64,000 bases of DNA from Rhizodiscina lignyota (GCA_010015805.1 ML978124.1:930001-994000), one strand, 5' to 3'. Positions 22,801 to 36,663 are shown, counted from the first letter of the stretch. Numbers and translations are program-made. The notes: generated by a model not told the origin, from the letters alone.

Positions 22801-24341
22801 TTCTTCGCCAAAATGCTCAAAGCTCCAAGATTCCGATGTCGGACTAGTCATGAGACCTCTCAGCTCTCGTCTCAACTCCCGACGGCGGGCCTTTTCTCGT
22901 TTCTGTCTGGCTTCGTCGAGGATTGATTGCTCTTCCGCAGCAGTAGCCTCAGTCTCTGGTATTCCATTCATCTCTCGAAGGTGGCGACGGTACTCGATGA
23001 GAGCGATCTCTGGTTTGGCGGCGGTGCGCCAGGATACCTCGCCAAGCTCCACAAATTCCAGGACAATGTAGACTTTCTTTCGGTCTGGGTCATCGATGAC
23101 TTCCAATAAGCTCACGATGTTTGGGTGGCGAGCCTTCTTCAGAATGGCGATCTCTCTCTTGATCTTGTCAGCATGGCTGGTACTCTTGCCTAATCGCTTC
23201 CGCTTCTTGGAGTACCGCTCCACGATCTTAATGGCAACATATGCGCCGCCAGGGAGTATACGACCGAGCTTGACTTTGCCATGGACGCCTCGGCCAAGTT
23301 CGTCGACTATCTCGTACTGATTGATGATCTTGCGACCGGAGATTGGATCGACATCAATGTCAGCAACGTGAGTTCTGCAGACTGGTTAACGAAAAGGCTG
23401 AAGGGTGCCCCTCAAAATGATTGAGTTTGGAAGAAGGCTTACTCTTTAGGAACATGACGTTGAGTGTAGTGAAGGAAGGGACTCGAATATGAGCCAGCGG
23501 AATCATCAACGACAGATCTTGGTCGACTGGGCGAACCGACCGGTGTAAATAAGCCCGGACTGCCTGAAGGAGAGTTCCCTGCAGTTCTTGAGCCTGATGG
23601 CGTGGATGCTGCGTTGTCAGGCTGGCCTGCGGAGCCGTCGACATAAGAGAGGTAAGGAGAGGGATTTGAGCTCCGAGTTCGGAGAGTGTGCGGTGGATGA
23701 CGAGGTCGATGTTGCTGCGTATGCAACGCCGCGTACGATTGATCTGGATACATTGGGAAGGGCCGTTGCAAGGTTACAATCTCAGTGTATCTCGAGCCAT
23801 GATCTGAAGGTCTGATGGTCGCATTGCTTGCATTGCTCGCAGTGCTCGCAGTCGAGGCACTTGAGAGGGTGTGATGAGGCATTGGACGCTCGAGAAGATG
23901 CTTGGATTTGCGTGATGTTTCTGCGTGGGAATGCGATGCGATGCTCGTGAGATCAAGGTGTGAGATGGATCCGTCGTTTGAGGCAGTTGGGTCTAAAATG
24001 GAGCCCACTGCCGTTGAGGTGGTGAGGCGAGTTGCTGGTACAGCGTGTGCAGAGACTGGCAAGAAAGACCCAATAGCAGCGTCACTATTTGGATGCCCTG
24101 CGAGCGCGTGGTTGGCCGTTGGAGCTTGCGAGCGTGAGAGGATATTGTCGTCCGAAGCAGGCCTGGGCAACTCGAATGCGGGGTGAGGAGTCGAGGATTC
24201 GGATTCCGTGCCATCTTCTGATGATTCCTCGTTCAATGACCACTCGTGCTGGTAGCATAGTGCCGATGCAGGCGAGTTGCGACCGTTGTGAGCGTTGACC
24301 TCTGTTGAGGTGCTCGCATCGGCGGGGACGCTGTCCCCCAT
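19858..24341 (-). CDS. CAMKK-family Ser/Thr kinase (Sak1/Tos3/Ssp1-like Snf1/AMPK upstream kinase)
   Basis: Intron 23375-23442 joins to KETH...GRKIINQYEIVDELGRGVHGKVKLG; REIAILKKARHPNIV, IHRDIKPANLL, ISDFGVS, LAKTVGTPAFYAPE, IDVWALGVTLYC. Large kinase insert and long Ser-rich tail. Confidence 0.9.
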
Positions 24342-24986
24342 CCTCGAAGCGTCCTGATCTCTTCTGCGGGCAACCTCTTCTAGAGCTCTTCAAAATTGCG
24401 TGAGTCGATCCAATCCACCGTGACCGCCATATAGTGCAGCGTGTCGAGGAATTGTTCAGGAGAGTGGTGTGGGCGGGCGGATCATGTTGCTGTTGGGGCG
24501 AGATGGGCGGCGAGGGCAAAGGGATGCTGCTTCGCAGCTGATAAGCGGGAGGTGGTGTCGACGGTCACAAGATTGTGGTCCAAGGCGTTCTTGAATATGA
24601 GATGGAGGAGCATTGGACGCAGGGACGATTGCGTGCGGAGCGTGCGAGAGGGTCGAGGCTAGCGGACGATGATGGTGTGGTGACTTGGATTTGGGTGTCG
24701 ATGATGTATCGCCGTTGGGGTGGTCGACCGGGCCGCCGCCAGACTCCGCCGGCAGTCAATGCAGAGCAGAGCGAACGCGAGGCACGGGGTTTTGGTTGCT
24801 GCTTGCTCTTGGGGCGTTGCGAGTCGAGGCTGTGGTGGAGGGAGTGAGGTGAATTGGACGCGCGATAGCGGGCGGATGGGAAGGCGGCGACACAAGGTTT
24901 TGGGCGCTTCAAGAGGGAAGGCGTGTGCAGGCAGCTTAGAGTTAGGCGCAGAGGGGCAAGCAGAAAATGGTGGGCTGTTGGCCCCG

Positions 24987-25000
24987 ACACACACACACAC
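24987..25000. repeat. (AC)7 microsatellite
   Basis: ACACACACACACAC in the kinase/GPI10 divergent intergenic region. Confidence 0.8.
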
Positions 25001-26782
25001 TACACATGCGAAGAAGGACCCAGCAAAGATCATCATCATCGCTCCTCGCTCGCCGGCCACCTCTTCCGCAGCAATAAGATTCAATTCAGCACGGCCCGGC
25101 GCGCGAGATTTGGCGGACATCAGGCAGAACAGTTCGCTCGGCGTGCTGATGCCCTCGCTGCCCCCTTCTCATCCTCATCCTGCCCACATCCTGTCTGCTG
25201 GGCGCTGCAGCATGCTATCCCCAACGCGGCCTAAGCTCTTCAACGAAGCGTCGCCGTCGGAGCGTCCAGCAACGGCCGACGAGCTAGAGGAAGAGGCGTG
25301 CCTTAGCCCGCTTGCACATTCCCATGCCTGGTCGAAACGGCTTCATCGTGCTCTCTGCCCTTCGTCAGCACCATAACCACACACCCGTCGCGCCGGTAGC
25401 TCTGCGCAGCAGGGAGAGCCTGAGGAGCAGCGCTGCTAACTGCTGCGCAGGTCCCGCTCGTCTGGTCGTCATTCCCTTTCCTCTCCCTCTTGCAGCTGCC
25501 CGCGATCCCCATTGCCATCGCAGACAGGCGTGCGGGCCAGGATGCTGCGCGATTTCGCACAGCCGCGATCACCGCGGCCGAGAGAGGTGACGAGACTATT
25601 CTCGCGCCTCCTTTCTCCCCCGCAAATTAGCTGGGGCCGGCGAAGGAATTGTACATCGAGCACCGTGACACCAACCCCAGATTTCAGCAGGCGGCTTGGC
25701 CAGCTCGAATCACAAGCGCTCGCCCAAACTGCCGCCACTAGCACCAAGCACCACACTGACTCGCCCGTCCACTTTTCGATGATGCTCTCTTGATATCGCG
25801 GCATGGCCAGCTCCGAAACGGAGCAGTTGACTTTTCCCACCTCGCAGCCAGCCCCGCTAAAGATTGCGCTTCTGTCGTCTCCTCTACACATCCGCATCCT
25901 CCCCATTGCATCTCGCAGAGCGCAGAGCGTTCGCTTGGCGAGAGCACATGAAAGAAACGGGCGGCCAGGGTCTCTGCCTTTGTGATCGGTCACATTATTT
26001 TCCCTCAGCTTTCTGTGGAGGCGGCAAGGCTTTGGCTGGACCGCATCCTCGTCGGCCTGCTCGTTATAGTGCCAGCGTGGCCCGAGCGCGCCTGCAGATC
26101 AGGGCTGATCAAAGCGGTCGTCGTTCAACGTACACGCGCGAATGAGCTGGCTTCCGCTTCCGCTGCGTGCGTCGCTGTGAAGCAGTTCGGCCAGAAGAAG
26201 CGGCTCCTCGAACTTGGTGAGATTGTAGCGTGAACTCCGCAACGGCGTGCAATTGAGACAACGCATCTCGACTGGGAGCATGTGAAAGCCCGCTCGACAT
26301 TGTAGCCCCTCCACCGTCCACGTTCGGCAATGCAGCATACGTTGCTTTTGCTCGGAAAGCCGCTGCGAACCCACAATTCCGATGTCGTACAGTGTTTGCA
26401 ATTGCTGCGCATGCCTTGCTGCCAGGGCGTGTTTGTAAGGTGGCTCGCCCTGACTGACAAAACGTCCTGACTGCGACGAGCGGCCTGCATCTGCACCCCA
26501 CAGTCTAGCCTCCAATTGGCGCTGCAGATCGCTCGACCTCGCACACCCTCTCCTCCTCCAAACTCTCTAAACAATTGATCGCCCCCTACCCAGCGCGCCA
26601 TTTCTATTCCCGTTACTCCATCGCACGCCGAAAGTGCTGCAGAGCGTCGACTCTGAGCGTTCAGCCCACCTGCACGCCCCTGGCCAAAGAAATCACTCGC
26701 AGCGACGCCAAACCCTTTGCGCCTCAACAACACCGTCGCCCATCCATGTCGAGACTAGGACAATCTCGCACCGCGATGATTC

Positions 26783-29256
26783 ATGTCTGAAGCAGCCCCC
26801 GTGCCACCAGCTCTCGGTCGAGCTGGACCTCCCGAAACGAGCGCTGCCAGCATCTCGGCATGGCCCGCAGCCCGCGTATTCGGCGTCCTGCTCGCCTTCC
26901 GTATTGCCAACGCCCTGGCTGTCCGCACTTTCTTCCAGCCCGACGAGTATTTTCAATCGCTTGAGCCTGCGTGGCAGCTCGCGTTCGGCCGCGAAAGCGG
27001 TGCGTGGATCACTTGGGTAGGAGTCTCCGTCCCACACCTTTCCCACCGCAGGCTAGATGTGGCGAAAATGCACCCTGACTGCCTCCAACCGCACAGGAAT
27101 GGAAAAGCGAGCTTCGCTCCTCACTCCACCCGCTTCTTTTTGCGGCCGTCTACCGCGCTGCTTCAGCGTCCGCCAGCCTATTCCGTCTCGACACGGCGAG
27201 CCGAGCGGATTTGTTGATTGCTCTTCCCAAAGCGTGCCAGGCCCTCTTTGCGGCGGCCTTGGATTACTTCACGTGGAGATTAGCTGAGCTCATCTATCGA
27301 CCCAATGATCGAGCTGCATGGGCAAGTGTATGCCTGGCCCATCAGATTTCGCGCTCCCCTGATCTTCCCTCTCATCGTGCGTCTACGCGAGTTTGCATTT
27401 TTCCGGCTGATATCATTCCATCATTTCCACAGCTTGCTTTGACGGTCCTCAGCCCCTGGCAGTGGTTCTGCTCCACACGCACCTTATCCAATTCCCTCGA
27501 GACGACTCTGACTGCAGCAGCGCTCTGTTTCTGGCCCTGGGAACGGGTGCAGTCGGGCCTGCAGCACACGCATCACGACCAGCGAAGTCAATCTTTACAT
27601 GGGGAATCTTCCGACCGTTCCCGACGTCGCTCGTCCACACATTCCCATGTGCATGGGAATTATTGGTAAGGTTTCCTTTATCGTCACCTATCAAACTGCT
27701 GCTCCTGCGTCTGCAATTGTCGTTAGTGCGGTTGTTCCCGCCTGGCTCCCGCTGCGGCTCCAACAGAGGAGCACCACGTAACTGACTTTTTACCCGCAGT
27801 TGGTCCCTTCGCCTTTCGCTTCTTTTGGCTGCGACTGCATCCGTGTTGAGACCTACAAACGTCCTGATATGGGCATGTGTGGGACTGCACGCGACGGTTA
27901 ATGCTCGAGCGTGGGGAGCCAGGGTTTTCCTGTTCCGTGAAGCCCTGATCTGCGGGTGAGTCTTTTCTCTCTTTCGTCTATGCGAGCACACGACACTGGC
28001 TATTTTCTTTCCCAACAAAAAAGGCCCGATCACATTCTTACAAGCAATAATAATATTTTTTCGCATCGATTCCGTGCGTGGCTAGCACGTGGGCCCGAAA
28101 TGCTGACTTCTCCCCATATTCTAGATTTCTTATTCTCGGAGTCTCTTCCATCGCAGACAGGGTCTACTACAGGGCGTGGACCGTCCCACCCGCCCGCTTC
28201 CTTTATTTCAACCTCGCACAGTCACTTGCCGTCTTCTATGGTCGCAATCGCCCGGATTACTACCTGACGGAGGCCTTTCCTCTATTGCTCACTACAGCCT
28301 TACCGTTCGCGGTGGCCGGAGTGTGGCACGCGCTTCGTCTGAGCTCTTCACGCGTCAGCCCTACGCCCAGGGACCATGCCAAGGCGCAGGAAGATGACGA
28401 CAAGGTGTCCGAGGCATCTGAAACAGAGAACATGCTCTCTGGCGGTGAAGGCACCTGTGGTGGTGTGTTGCGGCTCTTCGCGTGCACGGTGATCTTCGTC
28501 ACGCTGACCATGAGCCTCATCGCTCACAAAGAGGTCCGCTTCCTGTACCCCCTTCTGCCGATCCTGCACGTCCTGGCCGCTGCACCGCTCGCATCCTTCT
28601 TTCCGCGGCACCCCACGCCTTCTCGGAAAGTGCTCCTTGCTGCTCTTGTGACTGTCAACATCGCGGTAGCGGTGTACACCACCCAATTCCATCAGCGAGG
28701 CGTGATCGACGTCCTCCACCACCTGCGCCACACACAGGAATCTAGGCTCACTGCAGCAAATGCGAACCCCGTGCCGGTGCCGGACAGCTCAAATGTCGCA
28801 ATGGGGAACTCAAATATGACTGTGGGGTTCCTGATGCCCTGCCACTCCACACCTTGGCGCTCGCATCTTGTGCACCCATCTATAGACGCGTGGGCGCTGA
28901 CCTGCGAGCCGCCTCTCGACGTTCCCCTTTCGGAGCGTGCGTCTTATCTTGATGAGGCAGACCAGTTCTATGCTGATCCAGTCAATTGGCTGAGACGGCA
29001 CATGAGACATCATCATCCGTCCACTAAGACGGAGGATAGCAATCGCCGTGAGCAGTCCGAGCAATCGTCAGGAAATACAAATGGTGAACGGGTATGGCCT
29101 GATCGATTGGTCTTTTTTGAGCAATTGGATCTGACTGCGATGATTGGAGGGGTCGACGGTGTGGAGTACAGGGAATGCTGGAGGGGGTTTAACACCCACT
29201 GGCATGACGATTGGCGGCGGCAGGGAGACGTCGTGGTTTGGTGTAGAACGTCTTAG
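26783..29256 (+). CDS. GPI10: GPI mannosyltransferase 3 (PIG-B/Gpi10, GT22)
   Basis: [31 protein letters not shown]...[72 protein letters not shown]. Introns at ~27016-27096, ~27328-27431, ~27666-27799 and ~27956-28123. Confidence 0.93.
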
Positions 29257-30405
29257 GTTGTTGGGGATTCGGGCATGGTCTCCGACTCTCCGCAAGCCAA
29301 GGATGATAGAACGCTTGAGCGCTCGAGCGGTCGCAACACTTCGAGAGAAGGTCAATGTTGCTCTTCGGAACACCCGAGAGCATTTGCGGAAGTTCCATTA
29401 TCCATGACTCGGAGGGCGTTTAATTATAGTGCGCTGATTGGGTTGCAACTATATGAGGCGGGAGAGTATTGCTCCTTAAGGCAAATGCTAATGTATATCG
29501 AGGATTGATTATACATGACTCGGAGTGTGTTTAATCATAGCGCACGGCTTGACGTTAGCGTTTTCTTGCGAACGCATCTCTCTGCTCGAGGTTTGCGACA
29601 GCATCCCTGAAGGCCTGCTCGTACATTATCCGGAGTGCTCTAAACCTAGGTCTCGACATCCATGGCAGCACTTAACGGAGAGCTATTCTCCCTCTTCGAG
29701 GCAGACGACTGCGTGTCTCAAAGATGGGTTACACATACTTCAGAGAGTGGTACCCCTAACCCTCGGCACTGGTAGAGATCCCTCTATGCGAGCAAGTCTT
29801 GCTCTTTAAGACTAACGAGAGCATCTACGGAAGCTTGATTTAATGTGTTTGGGACGGTACTTGTTCAAATTGCACACAGGTTTGATATATCGTGCGTGCA
29901 CTCCACGAATACTCGCCATATCTCTCACCCTGATGCCGCGCTCGATTTGCTCCGGGTACTGACGTGCCATTCTGACTCGGTGTTGTGTTTCGGGGACGAT
30001 ACCTCCCATTCAGAGCTTCTCCTCCTCGACACATTCCACCAGGCACTCTGTCCAACGCCACGTTGGACCCGCACAAGACTTTGACACGATACCGCCTGGC
30101 GGATAGTGAGACGCATATTCTTCCAATCAAGGTGGATTTTCCTGTTCCTGGGGGTGGAGGCTGAGAGAGGAATCCTGAAGGCGGTCAGCGGGGAGGTTTT
30201 ATACTCCGTCTTAGCGCGCTATCAACATGCTTTACTGGAGGCCTTCACAAGAGTCGCATTGCAGGCCAGTTTCTTTCGAAATATGGTAGAGTACGGCCGT
30301 TCTCTCCAGCCCAATTACTTCATTTCGTTGCCGAGTAGGGTCATACCTTTCGTCTCCTAGTCTTACAGAATCAGTATGCCCTTATTCTCTCGTGCAAGCA
30401 CCCCT

Positions 30406-31695
30406 CTACAAGATGACCTTGCTCGCTACACTCAGTAGCCACGCCGCATCCTTCCATCCCCCTTCACCACCATCTCCCTCCCCCTCGCTTTTCGGCGCGG
30501 GCGGGGGGACCTCCACCTTCGGTGTGACCGCCTTCCTCTCACTCTCCTCCCTCCGCTTCCTCGGCGCCTCCTCCTCGGCGTTCCCATCAGTATCCTCCCC
30601 ATCCTCCTCCACATTGAACAGCGGCCAGCCCATCAGCCGATCCACCAAACCGCCGAAGCCAAACCCCCTGTCTGCCGCCAACCGCTTCACCTCCTCCTCC
30701 GCGAGCTGCTCGGAGATGTACTGCTCTTCCTCCTCGACGTCCTTCTGGTCCACGAAGTCCGGCTCCACAGCGATGTCTTGCCCTTCCGCCACTGCGTCAT
30801 CGAAGTAGCCCTCGTGGCTCTGGCCCTGGACCGCTGCGCCTGGTGTTTGTGAGCCGAGTGATGTGAAGCCCATGCCTGCCACGTCCGCTCGACTCCCCAC
30901 TCTGCTGCCGCGCCGACTGTTCCGCGCACTCGCCGTGCGGCTCCCAAAGCGGCTGCCGAAGCCGCCGTGGCGGGGCGTGACGGGGCTGTACTCGTCGTCC
31001 GCGGTGCCGGTGTAGCTGTGGCGGTTTGATGACGGTCCAAGCGTGTCGTCTTCTCCGTCATGGACGAGAGAGGTGGACGATGCGCGGGACACGAGCCATG
31101 ACTGGCCCTTCGTCTCGATTGCTGCGGTTGTGATGGTGATGCCGGCGCGGTGCAGCCACTCATCCGCGGAGGTGGTTATTGCGGATGGATTCATTGCCGC
31201 CTTGGTGGCTGCGTTGGCGCCTGGAGTACGCAGGGCGGACGCTGTGAGGCCCGGGTTGTGGCCTGGCGGGTGGAGGACGGTGGTGCTCTTTGCCTTGTTC
31301 TGGATTGGGCCTGGCGCTGAGGTTGCGAGCGCGGCATCGTGGATGTAGGTGGGATTCGCAGCACGCTTCCGTGTGCGGTTGGAGCGCGAATGACGCAGCC
31401 CTGCTGCTCCGCTGGGGCTGGCTCCGCGGCTGAGGATGGAAGGAGTTGTGGGCGCGGATTTGCCTTGGATATAGGAGGATCGAGGGAGGTGCAATTGGAG
31501 ATTCAGCTGACGCTGTGATGGCGGCTCGTTCGAGGCCCAGTTCGAGTCGTCGAGGGCAGAGCCATCGTCATCATCGAGGGGAAAGCGCGAGGAGAGCGGG
31601 GCAAGGGAGAGGTGGGTGAGGTTTGGGAAGGAGCGCCGAGAATGGCGCGCGGTGAGTTGAGGAGAGGAGCGAGAAGCGGGGACGGACACGTCCAT
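30406..31695 (-). CDS. Conserved fungal protein of unknown function (DUF3984-like)
   Basis: 429-aa single-exon ORF with blocks HLSLAPLSSRFP, SSYIQGKSAPTTPSILS, ETKGQSWLVSRASSTSL, GGWKDAAWLLSVASKVIL. Family assignment is from memory. Confidence 0.75.
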   Translation of the reverse strand: MDVSVPASRSSPQLTARHSRRSFPNLTHLSLAPLSSRFPLDDDDGSALDDSNWASNEPPSQRQLNLQLHLPRSSYIQGKSAPTTPSILSRGASPSGAAGLRHSRSNRTRKRAANPTYIHDAALATSAPGPIQNKAKSTTVLHPPGHNPGLTASALRTPGANAATKAAMNPSAITTSADEWLHRAGITITTAAIETKGQSWLVSRASSTSLVHDGEDDTLGPSSNRHSYTGTADDEYSPVTPRHGGFGSRFGSRTASARNSRRGSRVGSRADVAGMGFTSLGSQTPGAAVQGQSHEGYFDDAVAEGQDIAVEPDFVDQKDVEEEEQYISEQLAEEEVKRLAADRGFGFGGLVDRLMGWPLFNVEEDGEDTDGNAEEEAPRKRREESERKAVTPKVEVPPPAPKSEGEGDGGEGGWKDAAWLLSVASKVIL

Positions 31696-33119
31696 TTCCT
31701 ATGGAGTAGCTCAAATAATTTGAATCTAAGAGAGGTGGAATTAATGTTACAGTATGTACGCGAACGAAGAGACAGACAAACCTGGGGAAGCACTATTCTT
31801 GTTGGGATATTTTCACATGGATGCACCCCTCATGCGCACTGCTTCGCTGCACATACGCTGATGTGCTGTGCTGGAGACACGCCAAGGCCGAGGTGGCGCC
31901 AGATTGTCGGGACTCGGAAGCTCCAACCTGACCTCACCCTCACTTCCCGTGCAGTGCCTTCTCTTTGTCCTCAGTCAGCCGCACCCGATGGGAGCGGAAA
32001 TAAGCAATGGCCCGCCGTGCATTCCGATGACTTTCAGATTACTTTCAGATGACTCCCAGATGCTCAGATCGAGCGGGATCGGGAGGGGTTGCGCGGGCGG
32101 GAGCACTTCCCTGGGCGGACCGCACCGATGTCACTCTCGTGACTGGGCGAAGAGATTGAAACATCCCACGCCACGCTGCGCGTCTTTGTGCGCAGAAAAA
32201 GCAACTCCAGGGCGCGCATCCCGCTGCCTTCCGTAATCTCAATTTCCAGGCACCGCACACGCACTCAACCCCTTCCCCAGATTTTCCTGCAACACCCAGT
32301 CCCCCAAGCACCATGCTGCAGAGCCACCTACGTGAGCCTCCGCGGTGATGGCACGCGACCAGACGAGCAACACGCAAACGCCCACTCACCTCTACCTCGA
32401 TTGCAATCGAAGCGCTCCAAGCGCTGTCTGAGCGTGTGCCCTCCACCTCAACCAGCCAAGTACGCGCACCCTCGCCTCGATTAATATCGCTCCCCACGCG
32501 GGTCCAGCAGCACGCCTTTCCTCGCCAGTCAACTCCCAAGTGCAAATCCATCGCTGCCCTCGCTCTTGCACATCCTGTGCATCGACACGCGCCAACACAG
32601 CGCCCTGCTCACTCTCACGCATCTTCGCCTGCATCCGAGATCATCCCTCACACGCGCACTTTCCTAACCTGAGAGCGCCTCACACGCCCACTCTCGCTCC
32701 CCACCCTCAGGATGGCCTTATAGTGGTGACCCCCGCTCACCTGGGCTGCTGCGTACGTTTTCCCTCCCATTCCAGCATCAATTATATTTCAACGGCGCCA
32801 ATGTTCATCACCATCCATCACCAATCACCCAAACCAACACAGTTGATTGAAAATGTCACTCACTATGGAGCTAGCTTCCCGGTGCTGTGATTTCTGGTTT
32901 TCTCCTCTTCCTTCAAAAGCTGTCCCCTCCAGCTTCTTCCCATCAATTCCGTCAAAGTCGAGGAATAGCGAGACTCGCTCCTTCTGGTTCCCAGACAGCG
33001 CCATCGACATCCAGCCACTCTCCCACTGCTGCAGCGTCCGCCAATTCCATCGGTCCATCTCCCTCTACTTCATCCAAGTTATCACCATTTTCTTGGACCT
33101 TGGGTCCTTCGCCTACAAG

Positions 33120-34372
33120 ATGCAGCGCGCCAACTCGCAGCTGGTCCTCGCGGAGCATCTTGCAAATCGTGACAAGGAAGAGATGGATCACATCATCTAC
33201 TCTTCCAGTCCGAGCGAGAGTAAGTTTTCCCGATTCTTGGTAGTGTGGTGACATCGTCTGATATTTTTCTTAGCAAGCTCCGTCTACAGCTCAGATGACA
33301 GTGCCAACGCCATCTTCGAGATACACGACCGGTACTTCCGGGGCACACAGCCCTACCCAAACCCCGTCTCCATTTCGGCGCGCATACAACCGGACAATTT
33401 TGGAATCATCACTCCAAAATTGGTCTTCCGCAGCTCGTATCCATTCGAGGACAACTTCAAGTATCTGGAAGTGCTAGAGCTGCGCACTATCATGTGAGTT
33501 ACTGCACCCCCTTCACCAATACGATTCCACAATCACTTGACCGCACCATCGTGCCCCCCCACGCTTTCCTGCATTCTATCGCATTCCCTGTTGTGAAACC
33601 CAACCTTAAAGCTTGTGCGTTCGTTTGCTGACAAGGCCCGCCCCGCAGTACCCTTGTAGATGAGCCTATTCCGGTCGCCTACCGCACCTGGATGAAGCGG
33701 AACGGCATCAAGCACATCACCGCACTTGTGACACCGAACAAGGAGCATAAGCGCAAGCGCACCGACGTCCAACAAATCGCACACGTTCTGGGCCTGATGA
33801 TGGATCCGAAGAACCAGCCGCTGCTCGTGCACTGCAACAAAGGAAAGGTGAGTCCCGTCATTCTTACCAAATCCTGTTCATGTGCTCCAGGACATACCCT
33901 GTTTCCCATACCTTCCGACTGCATTCCCCATCCCCCCTTGCGCTTCAGCCTTATCATTTCCCCTCAGCCCTATGCCATGAACTGCTGCACCATTTCCATT
34001 TTCCCACCGTTGCCGCTTACTCACCTCCATCATCCATGGGTCTAATCATGTTTGCTGACCTTGCTTTCTGCCGAACAGCACCGCTCTGGATGCGTGGCTG
34101 CAGCGTTCCGCAAGTGCAGCGGTCAGCCAATCCAGTCGATCATCGATGAGTACGTACAGTTCGCCGGCGACAAGGCCCGTGCCCTCGACATCGCCTTCAT
34201 CAATGCCTTCGATGAGCGCGCCTTCCGCTATGGCCTCCACGCCGACTCGGGTTTCCGTGCCGACTCCGTCATGGGAACTGCCATACCCCTGACTGGCAGC
34301 GTTCCGGCGGAGACCCTGCCGGTCATCGACCCGCTCGCGTCTTCTCCCGTCGTTACGAAGACGGCTGTTTGA
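33120..34372 (+). CDS. Siw14/Oca-family atypical dual-specificity (inositol pyrophosphate) phosphatase
   Basis: Spliced exons give PDNFGII...FRSSYP...FKYLEVLELRTII|TLVDEP...DPKNQPLLVHCNKGK|HRSGCV...EYVQFAGDKARALDIAFINAFD, i.e. the HCxxGxHR loop. Introns at ~33220-33273, ~33494-33648 and 33848-34078. Start codon uncertain because in-frame ATGs also occur near 32853-32865. Confidence 0.85.
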
Positions 34373-35409
34373 AGCGAGAGTTTGCCGAGGCGGAGGCTAG
34401 GCAGCACTGAGTGTTCTCGTCTGCAGCATCAAGCATCTAACTATGGCATCGGCGGTTCGTTTGGGAAACATCTTCTCGGAGTCATTGCTCAGCATGGTCA
34501 GGATGGGCCATGGTAATCTTCTTGTCTCTGCATAAGCAAACTGCATTGGGACGGCGAGCGTTGGATCTTCATCACACACATTCATTCTATGGGTCTCCTT
34601 TTTTGGGAATGGTTTTCATCACACTGCATAGCATGGGCGTCTTTGTTCTCTCACGGTCAAATCAAATGGGTCACATGGGAAACGATACCATAGAAAAACG
34701 GCATGAATGCCCGAGGGAGTGGTGTCTTTGTCAACTTTTGGATAATGGGAACTTGGGTATGCCGTATTGTTGGCGTCATCGTCTGCAGCAATGTACGAGA
34801 CGCCTGTAACACTAGAAGCGTAGATTCCTCTCCTAATACTAGTCTACGCTGTAACACTAAATGTAAAACCTGTCATGTGCAAACACTACGCGCCTCATTG
34901 TGTTGGCATTGTGTTGTCTTCTAAAGGCGTACGTGTTTGACTGTGTTCAACTTGGATGCCGTGTCTCCTGCTCTGTTATGTGTTTCTCGGAGACAGTTCG
35001 AGGAGGAGAACATGCTCATCGGACTCAGCGATATTACAGGGCGAGGTTTCTACACAACACACAGAGTGTTCACGGTGAGACCGAGTCTGTAAGTACTTCG
35101 CATTGGCCAACTAGACATGAAATTCATCGTACGCAAATCCATTGGGTATCTGCTTTGAAGACGGCACTTTATGAAACAATTTAATGATGCTTTTGTAAAG
35201 TGGTGCTTGGGGGGTTCTCTTTGTCCTTCCTCTTGCGCGCCTTCAATTTCAGCGTCGTTCTCCGAGCAATCGTTCGTCGTCTCCAAGGCATGTCTCACTC
35301 GAGTCCTGCTCGAGTATTGCACGAGCCCGGCATAGCCGTAGGCAAATTGTAGGGATCGTTTGTGCAGAGATGCGCTCATCGCATGCACTCATGCTGCAGC
35401 ATAAACGTC

Positions 35410-36663
35410 TCAACTCACAACAGCCTCGCCCTTCTCGTCCACCAGATGCTCATCCACCTTCATCGGCCCCTCCCCAACACCCGTCAGAATCACCCGGTTC
35501 ACCCCCGCTGTCAACGTCTCCACCACCGACGCCAGCGCCTTGTCCTCCTTCAACCCAGCCATCTCCTCAGCCGCCTCAACCGCCCTTCCCCTCTCCCCAT
35601 CCCACCCCGCCGCGCCGCCCAACAAGCCCTTGAACGTCCCCGCAACCTCCCTCCCACTCCCCTCCTCGTAATACACCACGCAATTCGGTCCCGCGTCGAA
35701 CGTGTACGCCGCCACCCTCCGCCCCGCCTTCTCGTTGATCCACTCGACCATCCGCACCGCCGCGCGGCTCACATCGTTCATGTAGAAGATCGGCGGCGTC
35801 GTATCAAGACAGCACGCGTGGAAGTTGTTCGAGTCGCGCATCGTGATCTCGGCGAATTTGTCGAAGTCCTTCTTCTCCACCGCCTCCTTCATCTGCCCCA
35901 TCACGCGCGGGACGACGTCTTTCACGCGGTGCTGGAACAGGGCGGAGGTCGTGCACGTCTGCTGCATCCCGCTCGTGCTGCTGACGCCCTTCTTCGCCGC
36001 AGACACCACGAGGATTAAGGCGCGCATGCCCGGCCAGTGCGACGGCGGCGCGACCTGCACGGCCAGGCTGTCAGAGCCGTCGGCCTTCTCGCCCCCCTCC
36101 CATGCGACGTAGCCGCCGAATAAGCTGCGGCATGCGGAGCCGCTGCCCTGGCGCGCAATACGGCTGAGCTCTGTTGGGGAGTGCGGTAGCTGGTACAGCT
36201 GCGCGATCGCGTATACGAGCGCTGCGAAGCCGGCTGCGCTGCTCGCGAGGCCTGCGGCGGTGGGGAAGTTGTTGGCCGTGACGACTTTCAGGGGGTGCTG
36301 GGAGAGTTTGGGGAGGGTGGCGTCTGAGGACTCGAGCTCTGCGCGCATGGAGCGCAGGAGCTTGAGGCATGTTAGTGTGCGGTTGTTGAGCTCTTCGGAC
36401 TGTCCGTTCAAGATGAGAGTGTCGGGGGGTGGGTAGGTCGATGAGCAGGAGGCGGTTGTGTGGGTGCGCAGGTCGGATTGCGAGAGGGTGACGGAGAGGG
36501 ATGAGTTTGTGGGGAGGTTGAGCTTGGGGTCGCGCTTGCCCCAGTATCTGTGGACGTTAGTTGGTATGTAGGCGAGATTTATGGGAATAAGATATTACTT
36601 TACGACTGCGATGTTGACTGGCGCAGTGACGCTGGCGCAATATATTGATTTGTCTTCTGCCAT
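35410..36663 (-). CDS. MVD1: Diphosphomevalonate decarboxylase
   Basis: ASVTAPVNIAVVK|YWGKRDPKLNLPTNSSLSVTL, NNFPTAAGLASSAAG, ARQGSGSACRSLFGG, AYTFDAGPN. Intron at ~36548-36598. Confidence 0.97.

Noticed and set aside
24565..26733. Numerous 100-218 aa ORFs in the kinase/GPI10 intergenic region
   Set aside because: GC-rich, overlapping on both strands, mostly non-ATG starts and no domain features; consistent with chance ORFs in promoter/UTR sequence.
34803..34870. Direct repeat CTGTAACACTA (two copies) and TGTA words downstream of the SIW14-like gene
   Set aside because: Too short to call a repeat element, and not an exact PUF consensus.
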